Source: Patellaria atrata CBS 101060
Lineage: Eukaryota
Direction: 5' to 3'
Length of the DNA: 64,000 bases
Assembly (NCBI GenBank): GCA_010093705.1
Contig: MU006097.1
Coordinates: forward strand, 259,905 to 323,904
The notes beneath the pieces were generated by a model. That model saw only the letters and a program-made list of their open reading frames with translations, was not told the origin of the DNA and ran no database searches. Below, one piece after another: positions 49,463 to 61,900 of this stretch (the first letter of the stretch is position 1; each line of letters opens with the position of its first letter). The position numbers were made by a program, and so were the translations under genes.

Positions 49463-51841
49463 AGAATTGAAAGTTATTAGGGTTTAGGTGCTTATAACGC
49501 ACGTGTTTGATGAAGGGATTTTGTGTAAACAGTTTCTAACGTAATCTATCTCTGGCGTCTCACCTGACGTGGTGTATGTGTGGGCGGATGTTAAGAGTCA
49601 ATGATACGCCTACTTCAGAAATCCCCGTGCTTCTTCTTACCAAAACCATTAACATGAAGCTAACAGATCGTTTACTACATGAGCATAGCTAAAAGAGTTC
49701 AACGATTCTATGAGTTCAGAGATAAGAGATATTACCGTTATCAGCAGCAATAGTAGTGATTAAAGCGCTTGGAACCTCTCTTATGTCTTCTATTCTACGT
49801 TTAAAATGGAGGAAATGTTCTGACTATGGCATATAGATAAATCAATGTTGAAGCAGCGGATTCGGATGCGAAAGAAAGGATACCATCGTCGTGGATACAA
49901 CAATGGTGAAAGAGGAGTTGCCTTAGATACCAGGACTCCAATTTACCTACCTCTGCTGTGAACTTATACCACTACGGTGAAGAGGATATCTTTAAACACC
50001 ACTGCCTATTCTTAACTAGAACAATGATATTCTATGAATGATCTTTTGCATTCAAAACAAAACCGACCTGAAATATATAACTTCCAGCAACGAAGATGAG
50101 CAATCAATATATCCATCTTAGCCGTCCAGGATGGGGTTACAAAAGGAACATATTATATTCCGTATCCCGATTATTGTTCTGGTTAGAATTATTCTACGGC
50201 GGGAACTCGAGCTCGGAATCTGGAACCCATTTCCCGGGCCGAAAAAGGAGATGCTAATATTCGTAGAGGAATTGACACATTTACATGCTATTATATAGCT
50301 GGTAGGGAGTCGTCATGGGAGAAAGGTGCTCCATTGGGCTGTTGGAGGGATTATACAAGACACAGCACCAGCAGGTTGAGCGTAAAAGAAACCAGAAAGA
50401 TAACTCTCATCAAAAGAGGGATCAGTTCATACAGAAACATCTTTCATTGTGTTACTCCTTTCTTGCTCTGAGATGGAACGGGATGAGATAAACTTACGAG
50501 ACGTTGAGGTCGGAGCGGACCTGGGAGAGACCATATCGCTCACATAATCGGTTCTAGATTCGCAGCTGAAGTTGGGTTTGACGGGGAAGTCAGGCCGTTC
50601 TTAGTTCTATCACACCATATCCAACCTCAACATAACAAAAAATGAGTATAGCCATCCCGTCAGTTACGACCCTTTCCTACCATTTCCTCTTTTTTGGCGA
50701 AGAAAAGGTGCGGCTCATGAACATACTCATAGACTACAACCTTAGAGTATCGGTACCTCATGATGGCGTAACTCCGCAAAACCGGTAAACAGCACGTGGA
50801 ACTTTTCCATTCCCACGACGAATCAACCCGCAAAAAATATGGGGAAACGCATCCGGATCTAACTGCAATTCCACATCCGCTGCCCCGTGCCGGAGGTATC
50901 TCCTACGTGTCCGCCCCTGATTTTTGATCGCCATCAGTAAGCTTGGACACCTACTACCGATTTAAGGCTGCCGTCCCCACGCAAACTGGAAAACGTCACG
51001 AGTGCCAATTCCAACCTCACACGAGGAGATTTCACACATTTAGAAAATATGCGTATAGACACCGGTACCTCAATTTGGATATCTTTGTTAAACTTCACGG
51101 GGGAGCCGAAACCGAATGTCATCACGCTTACGAAAGAAAACCCCGAACCAATGCAGCCGAGGAAAGGAAAAAAAAAGTCGTCATGGTTTGGATATCTTGA
51201 CGTGAGCCTTGACGCGTGTTAGACGCCATTCTCACGTCACGTTTCAACCCGACTGAAACTTCACATGTAATCGCTCGTAATTGATTCTTTAGAACTACAG
51301 GTCAAGGAAGACATATAAACTCAACTGCACCACCGATTTTGACGCCAACATAAGTTCCTTTCACCGATATGAGAGCGTCTCAAATATGAGACCCAGAAAT
51401 AAGGATAATATTACACGAGAGTACTTTCTTATGGAGTAAAACTGAGTGTCCCGTCGTCTAAGCTCTGTAAGCAAAAGTTAGTAATCAGGCTGAATCGTTG
51501 ATTATAAGTTGTCTAAACGATTCGAGGTCTAATTATATGCAGAGCCGACGAGAATTAAAACTTACAGAAATATCACGATTTGATGGCGAATCTAGAATAG
51601 ACCTTTCACCTCCAAAGCGGCGGGGTTACACCGACACTAGCTGACGAGCAGCACGGGAACTCAGTGCTAATCCAGAAACAATTGCTCACTTTCATTTTCG
51701 CCTTCTCTGGAAGATCAACCGCAGGCAGTACAGTACCAACAGATTTCGGGATGTTTGAAACAATAGGCAATGAGGAATAGGGTTTGGTTCATCTGCAAGA
51801 ATTCAAGGCGCCAGTTACACTTACTCGCAGGCTATGTAACT

Positions 51842-53005
51842 TCAGCCGGGGGTAAGAAGCGCTTCCCAGTCTTCGTCAGAGAGCGCATTGACATCCATTG
51901 ATTCGGTGGTCGGAACAGTATCGAGATTCATTCTATATTGTGCACCAGAGGACGACGGTAGTCCACCGTTTGCCCCGGACCTGTGGGGTGCATGGTCCGC
52001 GGGAGTCGGGCTATCTCCTTTCGAATCCTGCACTTTCTCCCTATGCCGCTGGAAGAAAGGACTGTCAGGAGCGTGCAAGTACCTCTCTGGGGATTCTGAT
52101 CCATCCTTTCGAACATCTATAGACTGGCTTCTGGCGAATCCGTATTGAAATGATGCTTGACCGAAGGCGGGTGAATTCGTGCTTGGTCCGGCAATAGAGC
52201 TCATTTGCTCATAAGGCCTATTCGGATTAGCTCCTAGTGAGATAGGAACCTGACTGGGAGAAATAAGTTGGGCTTCTCGCTGTAGGTAGTCCCGAATTCT
52301 AGTACAGCCGCAGTTACTGTGCTTCAAGCACTCATCCTTGAGGAAAAGAATATTGTTCTTAAGTTCGGACACTTGAGCCATTAGGTAAGCCCTTTCTGCA
52401 GCTAATTCCCTAGCCTTTTTCTCTAGGTCTTGTGTCCACTCCTTCTTCTTTTGTCTACATTTACTCGCCGCTAAGCGGTTCCTCTCTAGAAAAGCGTTGC
52501 GTTTTGCTGCTTCTTCTGGATCTTCCGGCACTAGCTCTGGCTCGGGTTGCCTTTGCTTACGCGATTTCCTTACCGGGCCGTCTTTCCTCTTCCTCCTGCC
52601 GGCCTTCTTTTCAGGCTCAATTGCAGAATCCCTCTTTTTTACTTGAGTTACTGGTGATGTGGCTAGACTTGCATCGCCATCTGAAGGACCTACATCGTCC
52701 GGTGGAGTTACTTGACCGTATTCCTGACGGAAGGTAGGGGCTGAAGACGTGTCCACTGTAAGCAATGATGGGTACTGGTACATGCTCGAGCTCGGATTGA
52801 CAGCGGAACTTCCTCCAAGATTTGGTGTGCCATAACTAGATGAAGGACCATAGTTGATGGCATTGAAAATAGGAGGAGCTCGAGCTTTTCCTCGGTCCGG
52901 TTGGTCAACGAGGAAGAAATCTTGACAGAGTCAGCATTTTCCTTACAGCGGAGTATCTCACGAAGACTCGGGAAATATCATGTTCAGTCACCTACCTGTG
53001 GTCAT
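51842..53005 (-). CDS. ATF/CREB-family bZIP transcription factor (AtfB/Atf21-like), 2 exons
   Basis: KRNAFLERNRLAASKCRQKKKEW plus a leucine zipper and CLKHSNCGC..IRDYL. A 10-nt first exon ATGACCACAG and intron 52921-52995 extend the ORF in frame. Confidence 0.9.
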
Positions 53006-53051
53006 TACTGTGGTAAGTTGACCTTATTTTGAGGAATGAAAGGCGTATGTC

Positions 53052-53121
53052 TGACGTATTTGGATCAAACTTATGCTTGACGTATGGGATAAACTTATGT
53101 TTGAAGTTTTAAGAGTGACGT
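53052..53121. promoter_or_regulatory. Three TGACGT (CRE/ATF) sites upstream of the bZIP ATG
   Basis: TGACGTA at 53052 and 53078 (in a ~26-nt tandem duplication); TGACGT at 53116. Confidence 0.55.
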
Positions 53122-55401
53122 TTCGCTGAGTCGGACTTTAAATCAAATATCAAGAGTATGTGGCAAAGGGACAGCAATGGATAGATCGTGCACCTCGCAC
53201 CCCGCATTCAGCAAGGGAAACGACCTTAGGAGATGCTTCCGTGTAGTGATAGCCTCAAAAAAATAAAAAATCTGGAAGCGTAAGTCAGGGTAAGTTATTC
53301 TCTCTCTCAACCAAAACGGACAAATATTCTTTTTGGTATAAGATGATAACACATGTGCGAAGGAGGAGTATCTGAAGCGACTAAACGTACCTTTGGTAGA
53401 GAGGGGCCAGTAGTTGAGAAGCACGGAAAGGTTTGGTACCGTTGGGACAAATCCGAAAAATACGTTTACCCTATACTGGTACTTTACCTTAGCGCACGAT
53501 TGAAACCAAACGTTCGAAAGGCTATACCCGCAACAGAACCGTGGTTAGGAGTGAATAGTCGTTCGACCCTTCGGAATAAGGAAATGTTTGGAAATATCGG
53601 TAAGATTTCGAACCCTCCACTGGAGTGAAGCCTGGAAAGTTAGAGGGTAAAAGGAAATGGAAGTCAGTTATACAGTACTCTATCTCGATTGCCGAGCTGG
53701 AAACCGATCGGGTCAATTGGCATCAAGATAAACGAAATGCGGTGGCTGCTATGAGCTGGAAGAAGGGCAGCAAACCCATCAGTAATTGCTCAGGCCGTAT
53801 GATGGCATATCAGAAGGTGCGAGCTCAGCTGCACCTTCGGTCGCATCTCCGAGTCCCCGCCACTTTACAAGCTAACTACAAGCATGGGGAGGGCGGCAAA
53901 ACTATTAACTACCTAGGTAGTTTAGAGTATTTTCGCACCTTTAGGTTCTTCTAACACATTGCTGGTTTATACAGTAGCACATGCCGGACAAGAATTTTCC
54001 CTTGTACTTATCAGATATATGAACCAAATCCAGCATATCTACCATGTTCCGGTAAAATGAGCTGAACTGCAGCCGACGTCTAAGGTGAAAAAGACGTTGA
54101 GAGTTGAAGATCGAAAGCATTTTCCGCTCATCAGCAAAGGAAGGGTTATTCTACGGAGATGATTCCGGATCATTACTAACCAATCAATGCATCCGGCGAT
54201 GTTCCGCTCCGAACACCTTGAGGGACTCCGCGTAGTCGGCCCACTACTCGGCCTAGTACGGCACCTTAAATTTTGTTCTTTTAGTTCTAGACTTTTACAT
54301 ATTCACCGGTTGAATCAAATAATAACAAAACCTTAGTTCCCTATTCTAATATTCCTGTGCATTTTTCGCACTTGAGGCCATCGATTATTCTTCCAGTGCA
54401 CTTTTATCTCCACATGAATGCGCTCTTAATATCTAAAGTACTTTGTAAAGTAAGGTAGTTCTAAAGGTACTAAGGTATATACATTGTCAAATGCCCTATT
54501 TACTGTTATCTGGATCTTACTCCTCCGCATGTACGCGTGGACTACCCCGTCCAGATCATCCAAAATATGCAGTATCAACAACCGGTTACCCGTGAGGCAT
54601 GCCCACCAGGTGCGGGATGACATCAAATGGCATGATCAGAGCGATGTATAAAATTGATAATACCTCCGCATATCTTTTCATTAGATCCATCCGGAGTAGT
54701 TTGGGAGTGATAGACATTCAGGTACTCCGTAAAGATTGCTTTGCCACGCTTGCCATGCGCAAATCTATGCGACTAACTTAAGACCCTACAGCGTAGTAGA
54801 AGGTTTTAAAGCGAATCGTCCCAAAGTGAGGTTGAAGACGAAGAAATTCACCCTTCTCGGGTCTGATTGATGCTTAGAACGTCATGAGCAGCGCGAAATT
54901 GAAGGTTGATGACGATCTTTTCATCTCACGTTGCAGGTGTGGAATCCTTACCTTACAGTTGTTGCTTTAGCGGGGCACATCAGATATCAGACGGAGTTTA
55001 CTCCGGGTCACCTGAAGAACTACATAGGGTAGGTAAAGACCTGGCGGACGATAGTTTGTCAGCACGTGATTTACTACAGAGATACTTGCACTCACATTCT
55101 TCTAAAACTGCCCTGAGGGCGGGATTGGCCTTCCGTACAATCGCTCCCTTCTTGAATGACTCGCTCACGTGTCCCTCTCTGACAGGAACGCGAAAATTAA
55201 GCTGATTAAGCAATATGCGGCTCCAATTCAGCATGAACCCCAACGAAATCTCCAACCACGGCGGGTGAACCAACATTCACGCTAACCCCTTAACCGACAT
55301 ATTGATATCTCAAAATCCATAGCCTTATCCACAACATCAACACTTATCTCCATTTCCCTTTTTAACACTGCACGCCACCGGGACAACAGAAATATACAAG
55401 C

Positions 55402-56176
55402 ATGTCCGCTGCCGCCATAACCGCTATCGCACCCACCACCGATATCCGTTCAATCCCCTGCCCCCACTGCGGCCTCACCATCCCGCAAGACCACAGTCCC
55501 GCGCACCGTCGCATCAGGGAGCTCGAATCGCAAGTCAAGCTCCTGAGCACGAAAGCAACTGCCGCCGGTACGTCGTCCCACATCATTCTCTCCCAAGACC
55601 CCCATACAGCCACTCTACCCTCCGCAGAAACCCAATACAAAGTACCTCCATACCCATACCCAACCTCCCACTAACACCCTACCCCACGCAGCCGACAAAC
55701 TCGCAGACTACGAAGACGAGCTACGCACCCTAAAATCCCCCCCTCCACCCCACCCCCGTCCCTCAACCGCCGACCCCTCGTCCCCCGCCCCACGCATCTC
55801 AACCGAGGACCCCCAACCCCGTCCCTCCACCTCCACCGCAACCACAAACCCCTCCCGCGTATCCCGTCTCTCGTCCCTCCTCCCCGCCCGCCGCTCCCCC
55901 CATCAAGGGCCAGAAATCGAACTCCAAGCAGCTCTCGCCCGCGAACGCTCCACCCGCGCCCAGCTCGACGCTATGAGCGGCGAGATGGAAGATCTATCCG
56001 CGACATTGTTCCAGCAGGCGAACGAGATGGTGGCCGCGGAGCGGAAGGCGCGCGCGAGACTTGAGGAACGGGTGAGATTGTTGGAAAGACGGGATGGGGA
56101 GAGGAGGGGGAGGCTTGAGCGGTTGGAACGGGCGGTGGGGAGGATTGAGCGGGTTAGGGGTGTGTTGGGGGGGTAG
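55402..56176 (+). CDS. Small Sec2 N-terminal (coiled-coil GEF) domain protein, 2 exons
   Basis: CPHCG, RIRELESQVKLLSTKATAA|ADKLADYEDEL, EMEDLSATLFQQANEMVAAER. Intron near 55568-55691. Confidence 0.82.
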
Positions 56177-56840
56177 AGGGTGGGGAGAAAGAGAGAAGAG
56201 GGTTTGGCTGTGGTCTTGATAGCGCGAACGGTTCGCACACGTTCCGTTGAGGTTGCTGGACGGTTCGCCTGTTCGGTTGCTAGGCTGAGGTGGTAGGCTG
56301 ACTAAGATGCGTAACCACCACTTCCATCACGGCACAGGTTTCTACTTCCGGAAAGTAGAACCCATACCGTTACCTAACAAGGACGCGGAACACCCACACG
56401 TGCGACAGCCGACAGCTTGGCTGTACGACCCTGATACAACAAAGCGGGTATGACGTACTAGACCAATACGGCGGTACGGCTTCGGGTACGAGAATAGGTA
56501 CCGAATGTACAGCCCAGCCCAGCACCGGTTAATTCCGAGACGATATGGCTATGAGCTCAGCGGCCGGCCGGCGCGAGGCAAGTGTACGATTACGACAGTT
56601 TGTTTTGATTTAAAAAAAAATACGTACTATCGACTCTGGGATCATGGGTTAGATCTGGAGTTTGGCGTGTTTCGTGTCCGTGGGCCAACATTGCACGAGC
56701 TGGCTAGCTGGATATGGCGGAATTGCGATACTGATATGCGGGTGTATGTGTTTGTGCATTTGATTTGTGGTGCATTACTGTATGTACTTTTTCTTACGAT
56801 TTGGAACTAAGGTAGAATCTAGGTGTGGAAGTGGTATGTT

Positions 56841-56915
56841 TCGCGGTTCGTGGATCGCGGTTCGTGGATCGCGGTTCGTGGATCGTGGTTGTACGGTACG
56901 GTACGGTACGGTACG
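56841..56915. repeat. Tandem repeats: (TCGCGGTTCGTGGA)x3.5 then (GTACG)x5
   Basis: Seen directly in the sequence. Confidence 0.9.
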
Positions 56916-57628
56916 ATTGTGTAGTGCAGTATTCAAGTCAGAATAAGGCAGATATCGTGAGTATAGGATATTGAGGGTACAGTTATCGGGTGATCAGTAG
57001 CACCTTACACTATCGTAGTACGGTATATACAGTACAGCACAGTGGATAGAGTTTATACGGTGTGTATACGCAGTACAGTCCGTACCCGGAACCACGAAAA
57101 TCCCATTTAGTATCGATGGGACGTCATGTCCCTAATCATACTCTCCCCTATTCACCAACCTCGGAAAACACAAACACGGCGACGGACAGCGGATAGCAAA
57201 TCATCGACAGCCACCAAATACGCAACAAGCACAAACATCCACGGAATCACCCGAATCACAACTTCCAAAGTAGCGTTTTTTATGTAATATGGCATTCGCT
57301 GATCTCATATTATACAAAACTACCCCAAGTGTGACCTGACGTCCTCAACCGTATGAAAAGGCCTACAGCCACAAGGAACCACCTGTTGATGAAAATCCAA
57401 CCGTGCAAAGAGACATTAGGCAAAGGCCCCACTAACAGATGAAAATCCCACCATACAATCCGTGCACCTCCGCTATTATGCCCGCAGGATCCCACACCGG
57501 TAAGAAGGAAGGAAAAGGGGGTATACCACCCAACCCACCATTCAAAAACCCACACTACCACAACGTAGCAGACCTCAAATCAAACACCGTCCACCACTCC
57601 CCAGAACCCCCCAACTACCCTTCCCGCT

Positions 57629-58552
57629 TCAAGAACCCCTCCAAGAAACCGAATACATATGCCCACCCCCGACGATCCCATAATTAGCCTCCGCAACGCG
57701 CGCCTCATACGCATCCAAAAGCCTCTCCTCCGCCGCCATCAACTCCCTCCTCACCCGCTCCTGCACGAACCCCGTCTGCCTTGCTAGCGGCCTCTTCAAA
57801 TCCCACTCCGCCCGTCTCTTGCACCACTCGCAGATCTCGTATTTCCACTCTGTGGCTTTGGTCACGTAGTTCGGACAGGTCTGGGAGAAGAGGAGGAAGT
57901 TCGAGGAGCCGTTTTCGTGCGTGTAGAGGTAGAAGGGCTTGTGGGCGACGGCCTTCGGTGGTGGGGGCTGTGGTTGAGTTCGGGGCGGGGGCTGCGGTTG
58001 AGTTCTGGGAGGGGGTTGCGGTTGGATTCGAGGAGGGACCGGTGGTTGAATTATGGGCGGGGGACGCGAAATGGCTGAATTGAGGGCCTGGGAGGCATAT
58101 TGTGGCCCGCCGTATGGGGTTCCGAAAAGCATTGGCTGCTGCTGGAAGGTGGGATATGGGTACTGAAAGTCCGTAGGGGGTATTCCGAAACCTTGCAGGG
58201 CGAATTGCGGTGTTGGCGGGAGCAGTGCGGGAAGAGTCTGCGGGCGGTACGGCTGGTGGAACATGGGATGGTTGTGCATGCTGTACATCGGCTGGAAACC
58301 GGGCTGAGGTGTGGGAAGTGGTAGAGTGCGAGAGTATGATGGAACCACGTTGGCGGGTATTATATTTTGTGGGTTGTTTTGCGTGTCGTTTTGCGTGTCG
58401 TTTTGCGTGTCGTTTTGCGTGTCGTTTTGCGAGTTGTTTTGTGTGTTGTTTTGTGGGTTGGCTTGTGTGAACGGGATGTCACAGAACTGGACTTCACGGT
58501 AGCTGTGCATGCATGGAAGCACTGGATGCATAACCACTTTCGTGTAGCACAT
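57629..58552 (-). CDS. Hypothetical Pro/Gln-rich protein with terminal Cys/His clusters
   Basis: Open frame from MCYTKVV..CMH..FC through QNDT and PPPRTQPQ repeats to TCPNY..ICEWC. Start at 58552 inferred. Confidence 0.65.
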   Translation of the reverse strand: MCYTKVVMHPVLPCMHSYREVQFCDIPFTQANPQNNTQNNSQNDTQNDTQNDTQNDTQNNPQNIIPANVVPSYSRTLPLPTPQPGFQPMYSMHNHPMFHQPYRPQTLPALLPPTPQFALQGFGIPPTDFQYPYPTFQQQPMLFGTPYGGPQYASQALNSAISRPPPIIQPPVPPRIQPQPPPRTQPQPPPRTQPQPPPPKAVAHKPFYLYTHENGSSNFLLFSQTCPNYVTKATEWKYEICEWCKRRAEWDLKRPLARQTGFVQERVRRELMAAEERLLDAYEARVAEANYGIVGGGHMYSVSWRGS

Positions 58553-60201
58553 CTTTTCGTATGTGCGCGTGAGGACCGCAGGGAATGTGAGAGATACGCG
58601 CGTGCGGTGTGATTGTTCTGTAATCTTGAGGCGGATTTGTCGATAGACACGTGTTGAATTTGAGGTTGTGAGATGTAGAGAACAAAAGAGTGATTTGATT
58701 TCTGAAGAAGTGTGTTCGCGGGTGATAAAGCCAAGCTTTTGAGAAAAGTTCTGCGAGAGGATTGTGATTTTGAATTTGGAAAGAGGCAGATTGAAGAAAC
58801 TTTTCCTTGGAATCTTCTCAATAATCTTTAGTGAGAGTAGAGAGTGAAGACAATGCAGTACACGGCCCCCAAGTACTGCAGAAGACACGGAAAATGCTCT
58901 TCACCTGACCGAAATAGAGGACTTGAACAGGCCGTTGGTGCTTTTTCTTCAGGTAAAATATTGACGAAGACCCATCGGCGGAGCTGTATCCGGTCCCTTA
59001 TGGCAAATTACGGCATCCCGAAGTTCCTGGTGAATGTCAACAAGCAATGAACTAAGTTCTGCTGGGAAGACCCCGCAGATAAGGCAGGGTTGAAGTATTG
59101 TGAAGAAACAGAAAGTAATCCGGGATGAAACAAAGCTTTAGAGAGCCGGACGTTGTCATACGGTTTATTCGGCCTAAGATACGTACAGTTGATAGAGCCA
59201 TCTGACGGTACCTCGAGCTCTTTCTCGTTATAATTCCAGACATTCCTTGATCAACGTTCTGTCTTTTTAGTCCTATGTTCCATCAAAATTTTCTTTCTCT
59301 GTTTGCAATTTGACGCAAGCATAGTCACTGTTCCTTCATGGCGATACTGGTTCGGGGTGGGTCACATCTGAGGGCACTTCGGAGGTAGGTAATACGTGTC
59401 ACGGGAGGAATTGAGGAGCGTCCCTGAACCGGAGAGTGGTAGTATCGTAATCATTTCAATGGATTCAATCTTCAGATGTACCTTACAATTGATATTGAGT
59501 CTGGGCTTAACCAAACTAATCGTTTTATGGAATTATTGAATTATTGATTGATTTAAGATGCTTCGATTGTTTGTATATCTCGTTCGATGGAAGATTGGCA
59601 GTTCAGTACCATGTGGTGATAACTATTTGAACGGGTGAATGACGAATCATACTCGTATAGGTGACGGATCCGTATAAGAACAGTAGGAGACGTAACGATT
59701 TAGTATGAATCCCCACTCTTTTAGAAATCATTTCGCCATAGGAGCTCCGTTTATCGACACGATGAAAGTAGAAGACGCCATTTTCTGTGCAGACCTCTTA
59801 TCCTTCAACGAATCCTCAAGGTATAGGCCAACCTCCGATGTTCCAAAGCAGAAAACGCAATTTTTAATGCGGTTCCTGGTCTTTGAATGGCTCAATAATG
59901 GTTAACATATGATGCTCTTGTCTTGGAAGTAGAAGGCACAATAGTCTGTGTGAATTCTAACTTCCCATTAACTCTCTGGATGTTGTTGAAAACCTTGCTG
60001 TCGTATCCCACACTCTGATATATATCGATCAATGCTCTTCCTCCCCATTTTCCTGCAGGACTCTTACTTTCACGGCGTCGACGAAATATTTGGGTGAGGT
60101 AAAGCATGATTCCGGAATGGTGGAAGGGGTATAATAAACGATCTAATCCAGACGCCTAGTTTATGCATACCATGCAACATAAGTCGTAAAATTCATGATC
60201 A

Positions 60202-60803
60202 TCATTTCTTTCCTTTCTTATTCTTCTTCTTACCCCCGCCTCCACCAGCCGCTGGCGGCGCAGTTGTCTTTGTCTCTTTCACTGCAGAGATTGTAGGCAT
60301 CGTATCTGCTGTCTTGGTCTGCTCTTGGGCTTCTAATGCCGGGGTTTCCGTAACTGGGATGAGTTAGATAGACGAAGCTGGCTTGTTCACTGGGAAGATT
60401 TACCTCCAGGAATCTCTGGTAAGGCCGCCATAGTACGCGCAAGTTTACCCAAAGCTGAGATCAATCTACCGACTTCCGCGGCCTTGTTCGTCTGATACTT
60501 CAAGCACGCACCAGATAGCGGATCCCAAGTTTTGAGTGTGATCGTGGCAGGGTTTGACGCAGTACCCGCAGCTGCAGATGCTGATGCAGTCGCTGATCCA
60601 TCCTTGCCGTCTTGTTTCCGTTTACGTTTTTGGATCTTCGAATTCTTGAGGCCTAGAATGGAGTATTTCGTCGTGATTATAGTCTACTCGGGTTAATTTC
60701 TATTCGAGATGAACCATGATCGAAGACATACTGTTGTAGGCCTAGCTTGAAGTAGCAATGAAGACTGCTTCATCCATTCTTGACTTGTTTCTAGGTAGGG
60801 CAT
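60202..60803 (-). CDS. SRP21: Signal recognition particle Alu-domain subunit SRP9/SRP21, 3 exons (absent from the ORF track)
   Basis: MPYLETSQEWMKQSSLLLQARPTT|TIITTKYS ... ITLKTWDPLSGACLKYQTNKAAEVGRLI ... GGGGKKKNKKGKK*. Confidence 0.9.
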
Positions 60804-61459
60804 TTTGAAGTGCAACGACAATATTGGATTGGAGTTGACGTTGACGTTGAGTGTGGTGGGACGGTAGAATAAGCGTAAGTCCGAAACGGCATGAATTCCC
60901 GGGCCTTAGCTTTTATTTCGTCTCGCCAGTCTGGACGGAAATCGAAAATTCTCACAACACGATGACCAGCCATATCTCCTGCGTTTATGTTCCAACCAAT
61001 ATGTCTTTTTATATTTAAGGCATAGAAAAAGGTCAACTTCGATAACTCTTGCTACACTCCACTAAGTATCCGCTTGGATACTATCCCCAGATATCATCTT
61101 TTCATCACTGAAGTTCAACCTGCTTTGGTCCGTTATGTTCAGTCATCACTCTAAGGTAACTCCAAATGAACTTATTACCAAGCGAGATGCCTCTTCTACG
61201 GCTATCTCAGTAAACGCTGGGGAATGGGAAAGGGTCAGCTACGTGGTAAATGGGGTAGACTCCCGTAGTGTTCAGGGGCAAAGAAAGCGGTAATACCATT
61301 ATTATTACGTTAAAGAAGTAGTTTTTTAGGTAATATCTCTCTTCTTTTAATAAAAAAGTGAGGATCACGTAGGATTATATGATCTGTGATAACTCTTAAC
61401 TTAACGACATGACAATCGTTAATTTCGTTCATTCTGCCTTGTCAGCTTTCCCATTCACT

Positions 61460-61900
61460 TTTTCATTATCTCTGAGGTCTTCAACAAATGGTGTTTGATC
61501 CAACTTGATATGTTCAAACCTCTTCAAACTTTATGATGTAGTTGAGGAATTCGTAAGATTAGCGGGACAGCTGGCCGTTAAGACTTTCGGTGCCGTTGCA
61601 CTGGTATTACTTGCGCCGATGCGCTTTAAGCATGGACATAACATACCTGGGTTCATGATAGAAATCCTCTTAAACATTCTTCCAGGCTATTCGTCAAGGA
61701 TCACTTCTTTATTTTCCTCATTATACATGACCCAGTTATTTGATATATCTGTCAATAATCCTGACGTCGCCATATCCTTTGATCTTCTAAGCTCCATAAT
61801 TCCATTTCAGATTTCCATTTTACTGTATATCAGACATGACGTTGATGTTCTTCAGTTGCTCCGTAAGATCATATATGGTAGACCTACTTCGGCTCTATAA
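61460..61900 (-). pseudogene. Possible C-to-T-degraded coding relic, family not recognised
   Basis: One minus frame reads as protein-like sequence (YDLTEQLKNINV..GYGDVRIIDRYIK..) broken by about 12 stops. Confidence 0.25.

Noticed and set aside
58553..58888. N-terminal 112-codon extension of the 419-aa ORF
   Set aside because: Begins at a non-ATG codon and has 5'UTR-like composition; the MCYTK ATG is the more plausible start
60620..60660. Apparent frameshift in SRP21 exon 2
   Set aside because: Recounting the T5 run shows the frame is continuous
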